A DNA stretch of 64,000 nucleotides from Candidatus Latescibacterota bacterium (lineage in GTDB: Bacteria; Latescibacterota; UBA2968; GCA-2709665), in the NCBI GenBank assembly GCA_965208835.1, contig OZ242358.1:5116621-5180620 (forward strand), written 5' to 3'. Shown here in pieces: positions 55,914-64,000 of the stretch; position 1 is the first letter of the stretch, and each line of letters starts with the position of its first letter. Under the pieces are notes generated by a model. It worked only from the letters and a program-made list of their open reading frames with translations, ran no database searches and had not been told where the DNA came from. Both the position numbers and the translations under genes were made by a program.

Positions 55914-56331
55914 ACAACCTGCAAAGGCGTTGGATATGACCAGTTTGCTGGACTTCTCAAAACCACATGTGTTGCGAAACGAAGCCGAATACGACGCGGC
56001 CGTATGTGAAATCGACGGCCTGTTGGATGCCGATCCCGAACCGGGTTCAGAAGCATACGAGCGCCTGGAGTTTCTTTCCGTTCTGGTACAGGCTTACGAA
56101 GACGTCCGGATTCCCCTCGATGAAACGTTGGAGCCCAAGGAGATCGTGGAGTTCATGCTGGAACAGAAAGGACTCTCGCGAACGGATCTCGCCGAATGGC
56201 TTGGTGGGAGAAGCCGCGTTTCCGAATTCTACAACGGCAGGCGAACCCTGTCCATTCGGCAGATCAGGCGCCTCACCGAAAACCTGGGCATCCCTGCGGA
56301 CTTGCTGATCGCGCGTGACAAGAATCGTTGA
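55900..56331 (+). CDS. higA: HigA-family antitoxin (HTH_3)
   Basis: 'RNEAEYDAA...LVQAYE...FMLEQKGLSRTDL...SRVSEFYNGRRTLS...IPADLLI'. Start TTG 55900 or ATG 55936. Confidence 0.9.
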   Translation: MATYKQPAKALDMTSLLDFSKPHVLRNEAEYDAAVCEIDGLLDADPEPGSEAYERLEFLSVLVQAYEDVRIPLDETLEPKEIVEFMLEQKGLSRTDLAEWLGGRSRVSEFYNGRRTLSIRQIRRLTENLGIPADLLIARDKNR

Positions 56332-56483
56332 ACCGGCGATCTAAGCTCGCTGCCTGTCATCAATTCCGCAACCGGCAACTGCAAAGCCGTCAGTCTTCGA
56401 TTCAGGCCGACTGACGGCTTGTTCTTTCTTCTCGCGAATGCACCAGGTTGCGGCCCCGCGATCCGATTACGATTCACCGGAGC

Positions 56484-56918
56484 TTATTCCCGGGCTCTGA
56501 GCATGGAGAAGCCCATTGCGGCCAGGAGCAACGGCAGGGCGGCGTCGATCACAATCCACACCGCGGAAACCGTTTCCATAGCAATGGCGGTGAATCCGGG
56601 ACTGTGGAGGTTGAAGAAGTTCCAGAAGAAGAGAATGCCGACAAACAGAAGGCCGTAGAACTGGACGTTGGCTTCGAGATATTCGCGTGTTACGGAAGCG
56701 CCGCCGCCTTCACCGCCGGCGTCGCGCTTGCGAATATATCCGAAGATCACGCCCAAGACGATTGCCAGCACCATGAGCGCGTTGAATTTGCTCCAATGCG
56801 GGCTGTATGGACTGGCTTCGGTGGAAGTATAATACAGGGGTTCTACGACCGTATGGATTGCCACCACGGCCGCGACGATAATGAGATAGACGCCAACGAT
56901 GCGTTTGAACGAATCCAT
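56484..56918 (-). CDS. Hypothetical 4-TM membrane protein
   Basis: Four hydrophobic segments; RBS AAGGAG before ATG 56918. Confidence 0.7.
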   Translation of the reverse strand: MDSFKRIVGVYLIIVAAVVAIHTVVEPLYYTSTEASPYSPHWSKFNALMVLAIVLGVIFGYIRKRDAGGEGGGASVTREYLEANVQFYGLLFVGILFFWNFFNLHSPGFTAIAMETVSAVWIVIDAALPLLLAAMGFSMLRARE

Positions 56919-57122
56919 GCGTAGCTTCTCCTTTCCTTTGTGCGACACGTCAATGAGCACGGCCCGGGTGACGAACCGCGATAGACACCGGCCAGAAACC
57001 GTCGTCGAAATATAGCTCCCGTGACGGACCGGGACAAACAGAACCCCGCGGTCCGGGAAACAAGTGGCGCCGGTGGTTTCCCTTTCATATTTGAATAGAC
57101 GCCGGTCAGGCGCGATTGCGGC

Positions 57123-58571
57123 CTACAGAAACGGAAACATCTCCGTGGGCTCATACCCCGGCATCACCGACCGGTGTTCACGTCCCACAATCAACCTGTC
57201 GCCGTCGGTGAATCCCTCCGGCCGACCCTCGAGAAACCGGATCAATCGCTTCCGCCATGGGGACAGCAGTTCATCCGAACCTTCCGCCATCGACAGGTCG
57301 CGAAGTTCGTGCGGGTTCTCGTCCAGGTCGAACAGGTGTTCCCGGCCCGTCTGCGTGAACCAGACGTACTTGTGGCGACCGTCCGTCACAAAGTGATTTC
57401 CATGCTCGTACGCGTAACACCCCGAGTGTTCGCCGTGCAACACGTCGCGTACGCCATCCGATTCGCCGCACACCACCGGCACCAGGCTCCTGCCCGTGCA
57501 CGTTTCCGGCACCTCCAGGCCGCACGCATCCAGAATTGTCGGCATGATGTCCTGCAGCCCCACCGGCGTTCGGCACGTCACCGACTCGGGCGCTCCCCAA
57601 CTCCGCGGCGGCCGAATCAGAAACGGCACCCGCGCTGAAGCCTCGAACGGCCACGTTTTCCGGAACAGGTGGTGGTCCCCGAGCATCTCTCCGTGGTCCG
57701 ACGTGAAGATGACAAGGCAGTCGTTCAGCAGCCCCCTCTCGAACTGAATCAACCTCCCGATCTGATCGTCGATGAAATTCACCATCCCGTAGTACGCCGC
57801 GCGCGCGCACTGCATATCGTGGGCACTCAGACAGATCTCCGAAGCGTCCGGATCCAGACCCTTCGGTGGTGCGTCGAACCGCGCAGCCCAATCTCCCACG
57901 ACCGGTTCCGGCAATGTGCGATTGATATAGCGGTCATAGTAGACCCCTGGCGGCGTCAACGGCGGATGGGGATCGATGAAGGAGAGATTGAGAAAGAACG
58001 GCGTGGATGGATCCCGCTTCTTAAGAAACGCCATTGCCCGGTCCACGCACCAGAACGTATGCATCTGCTCTTCGGGCAGATGGTGCGGTCGTCCCACCCA
58101 TCCGTTTGCCGAAATTCCGTGGGCCATCCCCGGATCCACCTCCGTGCGTCCGTGATGTTCCCGCAGCCAGTCCACGTAGTCGTTCTCCCGCCCCCGCGTG
58201 GCGTCCGCCAGCTGCATGTGCTCGAATCCATACCGCTTGCGCATTGGCGACAGGTGCAGCTTTCCGATCATTTCCGACTGATATCCCGCCCTGGACAGTT
58301 CTCCGGCGAGCGTATGCTGCGGATGCCACTCCGTTCCCTGAAACCCCACCACGCCATTCGACGCCGGCGCCGTGCCGGTCATGAGAGATCGCCTTGCGGG
58401 GATACAGCTGGGACACTCAGAGTAACCGCGCCCGAAAAACGCCCCCGTACCGCCCAGCCAGTCCATATTGGGCGTCTGCAGGCCCTCCGGCGCATTGGGA
58501 TCCAGGCCCACGCAATCCCCTCGCTGCTGATCGGTCATGATCAACACCACGTTTGGCCGCTCTTCCGGCAT
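57123..58571 (-). CDS. Cys-type sulfatase (arylsulfatase family S1)
   Basis: 'PNVVLIMTDQQR', signature 'CIPARRSLMTG', 'GKLH', 'DPHPP', 'SDHGEMLGDH'. Confidence 0.93.
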   Translation of the reverse strand: MPEERPNVVLIMTDQQRGDCVGLDPNAPEGLQTPNMDWLGGTGAFFGRGYSECPSCIPARRSLMTGTAPASNGVVGFQGTEWHPQHTLAGELSRAGYQSEMIGKLHLSPMRKRYGFEHMQLADATRGRENDYVDWLREHHGRTEVDPGMAHGISANGWVGRPHHLPEEQMHTFWCVDRAMAFLKKRDPSTPFFLNLSFIDPHPPLTPPGVYYDRYINRTLPEPVVGDWAARFDAPPKGLDPDASEICLSAHDMQCARAAYYGMVNFIDDQIGRLIQFERGLLNDCLVIFTSDHGEMLGDHHLFRKTWPFEASARVPFLIRPPRSWGAPESVTCRTPVGLQDIMPTILDACGLEVPETCTGRSLVPVVCGESDGVRDVLHGEHSGCYAYEHGNHFVTDGRHKYVWFTQTGREHLFDLDENPHELRDLSMAEGSDELLSPWRKRLIRFLEGRPEGFTDGDRLIVGREHRSVMPGYEPTEMFPFL

Positions 58572-58583
58572 TTTACACTCCTT

Positions 58584-59822
58584 TCATACAATGCCCAGTG
58601 CCCTGTCTATCTCCGCCTGATAGGCGTCGATTTCGCCACTTTCCACCTCCGCAATCTTTACCGCCCGACCCGCTCTGGCCGACTCCAATACCGCGTAGAC
58701 GGCCGCTACGTCCTTCATTCCCTCCGTTCCGTCCACTTCTACTTCCATGCCCTCCGCGATGGCCTCGCCAAACTCGTAATACTCCATAGCGAGAAGCTTC
58801 CAGTCGACCTCGCGATCCGCTGCCGTCATCCCGCCGGGAAAGAAATGGGCGGCCAGCGCATCCTGTTCAAAGCCCTCCGCCTGTGCCAGCATTTCTTCCT
58901 GTTCCTGGAAATCGCCGCGCCCCCGACGCATCCGAACCCTGCCGCCACGGGTCCCGTAACCCTCGATGCACCCCTCAGTACCCAAAATCAACTGCGTACT
59001 GCAACCCCCGTACCCGCCCAGTCCAACCACCCAGCTCACCGTGGCGCCTCCGGCCATGCGAAACACCGCCACCGACGAATCCTCCGCGTCGGCCGGGACT
59101 TCAGGCGCCATGTCTTCGTATTGTTTCTGGTAAAACTCATAGGGCCTCCACATCGTATCGGCCTTCCGCCGTACGGGCTCCACCAGCCGTACGTCACCGT
59201 ACACTTCGTGGATATCGCCCAACTGATAACGGATCAGGTCGGCAAAGTGGACCCCCATGTCCACCAGAGGCCCGCCGCGAGTCTTGAGGTGGCGCCACGG
59301 CGTGATGAAAATCCGGTCCCCCTCGCTCACTTCGTGAAACAGACCCATGTACGGTGTCCCGATCGCGCCGCTGGACACGATGTGGTGCGCCAGCCTTGCG
59401 GAGGGATCCCGCCGGTAGTTTTCCGCCACCGATAACACGCGTCCGTTCCGCTCCGCCGCCCGGATCATCATGTGACAGGCCCGAACGGTAATCGCCATCG
59501 GTTTTTCCACCATCACGTGCAGGCCCAGATTCAGCGCTTCGCAAGCGACCTCATGATGCACGGCGGGATCGGTCACCACGTCGACGGCATCCAGTTCCGG
59601 CATCGCTGCTGCCATTGCCTCCAGATCCGTAAAGATCGCGGGTTCCGCCCCCAGCAATTTTTCGGCCTCTGCGGCAGCCATCCCGGCATTCTCCGGATTG
59701 ATGTCGCACAACGCCCTCAAGTCGATCCTGTTGAACGGCGTCTGTGCGAGCGAACGGAGACCATAAAGGTGTCTCGTTCCCATACCGCCGCACCCTACCA
59801 GTCCCAGGTTGATCCGGTCCAT
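58584..59822 (-). CDS. Gfo/Idh/MocA-family oxidoreductase
   Basis: 'GLVGCGGMG', 'HVMVEKP', 'AENYR', 'GGPLVDMGVH'. Confidence 0.92.
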   Translation of the reverse strand: MDRINLGLVGCGGMGTRHLYGLRSLAQTPFNRIDLRALCDINPENAGMAAAEAEKLLGAEPAIFTDLEAMAAAMPELDAVDVVTDPAVHHEVACEALNLGLHVMVEKPMAITVRACHMMIRAAERNGRVLSVAENYRRDPSARLAHHIVSSGAIGTPYMGLFHEVSEGDRIFITPWRHLKTRGGPLVDMGVHFADLIRYQLGDIHEVYGDVRLVEPVRRKADTMWRPYEFYQKQYEDMAPEVPADAEDSSVAVFRMAGGATVSWVVGLGGYGGCSTQLILGTEGCIEGYGTRGGRVRMRRGRGDFQEQEEMLAQAEGFEQDALAAHFFPGGMTAADREVDWKLLAMEYYEFGEAIAEGMEVEVDGTEGMKDVAAVYAVLESARAGRAVKIAEVESGEIDAYQAEIDRALGIV

Positions 59823-59900
59823 ATCGGTCTCTTTTGTCGGAATTCAGCGCCCACCTGCTTCAGCACCGCTTGACACAAGGGTCGTGTTCGATTTTCTTCA

Positions 59901-60065
59901 AAGGACGGGAAGACGTAAGCCGGGAGAATGGAGAGATAGCCTGCCTTGTGAGGATTCTTCTCGTGCCAAAGGCAACGAGGAATAACATACCCGGCAATGA
60001 TCTCATCTACCGTCTTACGTCTTGCGTCTACCCGATTTCCTCATCTCTACCGTCTTACCGCATTA
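59901..60065 (+). repeat. Structured intergenic repeat, copy D
   Basis: AGACGTAAGCCGGGAGA...GAGATAGCCTGCCTTGTGAGGATTCTTCTCGTGCCAAAGGCAACGAGGAATAACATACCCGGCAATG...CTACCGTCTTACGTCT. Confidence 0.8.
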
Positions 60066-60110
60066 CTTCTACCTTTTTCCTTCTACCTTCTTCCTTTATA
60101 GGGTTTCTAT

Positions 60111-60962
60111 ATGATCCCGATCGGTTTCAGCACCTATGCCACGCAGAAGGTGGACGTCTTCGAAGCCCTGCCGAGAATTCGCGCGATCGGCTACGACGCT
60201 ATCGAAATCGCCATCGGCGACGCATGGCCCACGGCGCCACGAAAGCTAAATCTGAACACGAGGCGCAGACTTGCCGACACCCTGCGGGATCTCGGCTTTC
60301 CGCCACCGGCCCTTTTCGGCCCGGTTTCCACGTGCGCCCGGGACAGCGACCGGCAGGCGATGCGAGCCGGTTTTGTCCGAAACTGCATCCTCGCCGAAGA
60401 CTTGAATTTCGACGGCAATCCCGCCATCATCACGACCACGGTGAGCGGTCCCCTGACGAATTGGAATACCGACAGGGAATCCGTCGCTGCCGACCTGATG
60501 GAACTTGCGGATCTCGCAGCCGAACATCACGTCATCCTGGCCGTGGAACCGCACGTCGGCGCAATCCTGGACACTCCCGAAAAAGCGGCGTGGCTCATGG
60601 AGAACACCGGTCATCCCAATCTGAAAATCCACTTCGACCACAGCCACTTTCACGTGCAGGGCATCGACCTCAGGCACGCCGCCGACCTCTGCCTGCCCGA
60701 CACCGTCCACATCCACATCAAAGACGGGTATATGAACGACGGCGCCGTGACCTTCCTGTTGCCGGGCGAAGGAAGCCTTGACCTCAACGAATACTTCAAG
60801 ACCCTGCTCGATGCCGGAACCGAAGTACCCGTTGGCGCGGAGGTGAGCGCCATGATCTGGAGCCGGCCCGGGTACGACCCGTGGCAGGCCGCGGATTTCT
60901 GCTACCGTGCGCTTGCCTCCGCTAGGGAGCAGGCCATCGTCGAATCATCGACGCCGGATTGA
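60111..60962 (+). CDS. Sugar phosphate isomerase/epimerase (xylose isomerase-like TIM barrel)
   Basis: 'GYDAIEI', 'LAVEPH', 'FDHSH', 'HIHIKD', 'PGEG', 'AEVS'. Confidence 0.88.
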   Translation: MIPIGFSTYATQKVDVFEALPRIRAIGYDAIEIAIGDAWPTAPRKLNLNTRRRLADTLRDLGFPPPALFGPVSTCARDSDRQAMRAGFVRNCILAEDLNFDGNPAIITTTVSGPLTNWNTDRESVAADLMELADLAAEHHVILAVEPHVGAILDTPEKAAWLMENTGHPNLKIHFDHSHFHVQGIDLRHAADLCLPDTVHIHIKDGYMNDGAVTFLLPGEGSLDLNEYFKTLLDAGTEVPVGAEVSAMIWSRPGYDPWQAADFCYRALASAREQAIVESSTPD

Positions 60963-61006
60963 ACCGGGCAGACAATCCGGTTGTCGAAAACCCGGTTTTC
61001 CGGATG

Positions 61007-63232
61007 CTACAAGCTCCTCATTGTCCCCATCCGGTACGTCGGGTGACGCTCCATCTCCAGGGCCGCGTGACAGTAAAACGGATATACGCTCCACTCGACA
61101 CACCCCAGGAGATCGGGTTTCCCGTCGCCGTTGAAATCACCCGGCCACGCGTTCGGGCCGTGAACCGTAAACGCGATCTCCTCGCCGTAGCACCTGAATT
61201 CTCTCGGCAGGTCGAACACCGGAGCATCCAACGAACCCACGTTGCGCAGCAGGTAGATCTTTCCCGTCCCCGCGACGTTATACACCAGGTCGATCAATCC
61301 ATCCCCGTCCCAATCCACGGCGCGGAACGACTCTGTCCAGTGTTTCATCCGGCCCACGATGGAATCGTCGATCTTCCGCCCGTCCACGAGCCGCACGTGG
61401 TCATCCCGTTTCAGTCTTCGGGAGCCCTGCTCGTCCCGATATTGAACGAACAGCGTTGCTTTTCGTGTATGGTCGTGCGCGATAAAGTCCATCATCCCGT
61501 CGCCGTTCCAGTCCGCGAACGCCGCGCCGGTCCGCCAGAAAAACGGCGCACGCGCATCGTAGGGATAGGGACTGTTGGTCAGGGTCCCGTCGGCGGCCTC
61601 CCTGCCCGACTCCGCCCTCAGACCATCGGAATCCGGGAATCCATCCACTTCCAGAAAACGGCGAGCTCCAAACCTGGGTTCTTCACGCGTGCCGATATTC
61701 CGATACCAGACAATCCGGTTCGTTTCGTTCGGGAGCATCAGGTCCGGCAGGCCGTCGCCGTCCCAATCCACGAATACGGGATAGGGATATCCCATATTGT
61801 GCCAGTGGTTGCTGTGCAGAATCTCATCGCGCAGCACCTGGATCGGTTGGCCCTCTGAATAAATCAGTTCCGGCTCCTTCCAGGCCGGCCGCTCATTGCT
61901 CCCGCTATTGATAACCACACGCGGCCAACCGTAACCCCCGCCGATGACGAGATCGGAGACTCCGTCGCCATTCCAGTCGCACGAACAAGGCCACGCCTGA
62001 TCGCTCAATGACATCACGGCAGAAATAGAAAGGGCCCTTCCCCGGTGTTCGAATCGAGGATGGCCGCCGCGCGTTCCAACCCGTTCGTAGAATGAGAGAT
62101 TCTGAAACGCGTTGTGCTGCACCAGAATCCCGCTCCGCCGGCCGTCCGTTACCGTGCTGATCCGGCTGCAGGATCCCTGCTCCAGGTCTCCCAGCTGCTG
62201 CTCCGGTCCGAACCGGGGCGGTTCTCCTCCCAGATTCTTCCGCCATCTCAGCGTATGGTCACACCCGCCAGCGGGCGTGGCCATGACGTCCGGCAATCCG
62301 TCGCCGTCGAGATCCAGGAACGCGAGCTGTTTCCCGGCCTGAAGATCGACCGCCTCGGCGGCCCTGAACGGCCAGCCGTCCGGATTCAGGTTCCTGATAT
62401 AGTGTCCGTTTACCACCAGGTCGGGAACGCCGTTCCCGTTGAGATCCACGATGCAGATGCCCCCGTTCTGGGCCACCGGCGCCGGAATCTCGATATCCTT
62501 CACGAAGACGGGCAGCCCGCCCCCGTCTCGTTCTCCTGAATTGAGGTAGACCGTTACCCCGGTATCACGCATCCCCGCGTACACGATATCGGGCAGCCCG
62601 TTGCCGTTCAGATCGGAGAAATCCGCTTCGGCGTAAACGGCCGGGAAGTGCTTGAGTTCGCGGGATCCTCGCTTCTCAACGTAGCGCAACCGGGCAAGAT
62701 CTCCGAACGTGAGGTCCTCATCCGGACCCACGCGGGGATAACAGACAATGCCGCTGACGGGCGACCCCGGTCGATAGTAATAATTCCAGCACCCCGCCAG
62801 ATCGGCGCGGCCGTCGCCGGTGACATCAACGAGCCGCATGGAATGCGCGAGCGTAATCGGGCGCGGGACCCCGGCGTTATATCGCAGAAGATCGCCTACG
62901 CCGACCATAGGTGTGTACTTCTGCGGCTGCAGCGGCTGCCTTTCCGGCAGCGTGCGAAATCGGATTTCATAATCCGTATGGTCCGGGTCTTCAATCACCC
63001 ACTCGATTCTGCCCCTGTCGCCATAGGCGAAGTCCTCGGTCCTGGCGAACGCGACCGGCTGTCCTGAGGTTAGATCCACAACCTCGATGGAATTCGGATC
63101 GAACCGGCCGGTGGCTTCGGCCTCCCGTACCATGCGACCGAAATCTATCTCCACCGACATCGGAATACGCCCGAGATCCGCGGGCAGCGCCGACGTCACC
63201 CCCAGCCTGAATCCATATCGAACGCCGGCCAT
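61007..63232 (-). CDS. FG-GAP/VCBS-repeat protein
   Basis: About 9 DxxGDGxxD(L/I) motifs; no obvious signal peptide. Confidence 0.85.
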   Translation of the reverse strand: MAGVRYGFRLGVTSALPADLGRIPMSVEIDFGRMVREAEATGRFDPNSIEVVDLTSGQPVAFARTEDFAYGDRGRIEWVIEDPDHTDYEIRFRTLPERQPLQPQKYTPMVGVGDLLRYNAGVPRPITLAHSMRLVDVTGDGRADLAGCWNYYYRPGSPVSGIVCYPRVGPDEDLTFGDLARLRYVEKRGSRELKHFPAVYAEADFSDLNGNGLPDIVYAGMRDTGVTVYLNSGERDGGGLPVFVKDIEIPAPVAQNGGICIVDLNGNGVPDLVVNGHYIRNLNPDGWPFRAAEAVDLQAGKQLAFLDLDGDGLPDVMATPAGGCDHTLRWRKNLGGEPPRFGPEQQLGDLEQGSCSRISTVTDGRRSGILVQHNAFQNLSFYERVGTRGGHPRFEHRGRALSISAVMSLSDQAWPCSCDWNGDGVSDLVIGGGYGWPRVVINSGSNERPAWKEPELIYSEGQPIQVLRDEILHSNHWHNMGYPYPVFVDWDGDGLPDLMLPNETNRIVWYRNIGTREEPRFGARRFLEVDGFPDSDGLRAESGREAADGTLTNSPYPYDARAPFFWRTGAAFADWNGDGMMDFIAHDHTRKATLFVQYRDEQGSRRLKRDDHVRLVDGRKIDDSIVGRMKHWTESFRAVDWDGDGLIDLVYNVAGTGKIYLLRNVGSLDAPVFDLPREFRCYGEEIAFTVHGPNAWPGDFNGDGKPDLLGCVEWSVYPFYCHAALEMERHPTYRMGTMRSL

Positions 63233-63236
63233 GCAG

Positions 63237-63776
63237 TTACCCCGTCTTCAGCCGTCCCTGAAACGCGTCCCTGAACCACTGCATCTTCGGGTCGATCACA
63301 AAGATGCAGTAGGGTTGGGCGCGATTCGAACGATAGTAGTTCTGATGGTAATCTTCGGCCCGGTAGAATTCAGCCATCGGCGAAATCTCGGTCACGATAG
63401 GATCCTTCCAAAGTTCCGACGCGTCCGTCTCCGACATGGATTGGACCGCTTCCGCCCGCTGGGCATCGTCGTGATAGAATATCACCGACCGGTACTGCGT
63501 GCCCACGTCCGCACCCTGGCGGTTCAACGTTGTGGGGTCGTGGGTGCGCCAGAACACGTCCAGCAGGTCCCGGAAGGAAACCGTCTCCGGTTCGAATCGG
63601 ATCTGTACCACCTCGGCATGTCCCGTGGTCCCCTGGCACACCTCCTGGTAGGTCGGATTCGGAACCGATCCTCCCGCATATCCCGAGACCACTTCCAGCA
63701 CGCCTTTCAGGTCCTGATAGAATGCCTCTACGCACCAGAAGCATCCCCCTCCGAACGTCGCGCGTTCTTCGTCCAT
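63237..63776 (-). CDS. msrA: Peptide-methionine (S)-S-oxide reductase
   Basis: 'GGGCFWC', 'SGYAGG', 'GTTGHAE', 'HDPTTLNRQGADVGTQYRS', 'AEDYHQNY'. Confidence 0.97.
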   Translation of the reverse strand: MDEERATFGGGCFWCVEAFYQDLKGVLEVVSGYAGGSVPNPTYQEVCQGTTGHAEVVQIRFEPETVSFRDLLDVFWRTHDPTTLNRQGADVGTQYRSVIFYHDDAQRAEAVQSMSETDASELWKDPIVTEISPMAEFYRAEDYHQNYYRSNRAQPYCIFVIDPKMQWFRDAFQGRLKTG

Positions 63777-64000
63777 TTTATACTCCTGGAAGATATTACC
63801 CTTAATTCCGCAATAACCGCAACGCGGCACCGCGACGGAACTTTTCGAATCGGGCCGAAGTGGTAATTAGGTAGGACATTTTTTCCGTTTACATCCAGTG
63901 TCCAGGTGTATCCTGTTAATCCGCAGTCTAATCGCCTTTACTAACTGGCACATGTTTGAATTAACGTCCCCGAAAAATGACGAATCCAGGTTACTTTCTC

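Noticed and set aside
57669-59435. 588-aa plus-strand ORF
   Set aside because: Antisense shadow of the sulfatase and oxidoreductase genes in high-GC DNA; no recognisable motifs.

Overview
GC-rich (~57-60% by eye) bacterial window. Gene content (GWxTD/TPR proteins, 'ADFDxNGxVDFxDF' EF-hand/dockerin-like modules, TonB receptor, LpxH-like protein, sulfatase) suggests a diderm of the FCB/Latescibacterota-Gemmatimonadota type; this is inference only. The main feature is a co-oriented minus-strand block of ~31 kb (4935-35732). It starts with a 1628-aa Ser/Thr kinase-STAND ATPase-TPR-GAF-sigma54 activator, followed by a complete sigma54 enhancer promoter (two TGTATACA-W-TGTATACA palindromes, a consensus IHF site, and a -24/-12 box). 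Downstream lie five exported GWxTD/TPR paralogues of two subtypes plus two decayed relics, four tandem FGE/C-type-lectin-fold proteins with divergent binding loops, and two Kelch-repeat lipoproteins. Left of the block is an IS1595-family element with perfect 22-bp TIRs that carries a translationally coupled DNA methyltransferase-Mrr-like nuclease passenger and truncates an ABC permease. The right half holds tmRNA with an adjacent RelE-like TA pair, a TonB receptor/DUF4249-like pair, ilvD, glpK, lpxH-like, a geranylgeranyl reductase-family gene, an EamA transporter, higBA, a sulfatase, an oxidoreductase, an FG-GAP protein and msrA. Several families of intergenic palindromic repeats are present. 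All family calls come from motif recognition, not from database searches.
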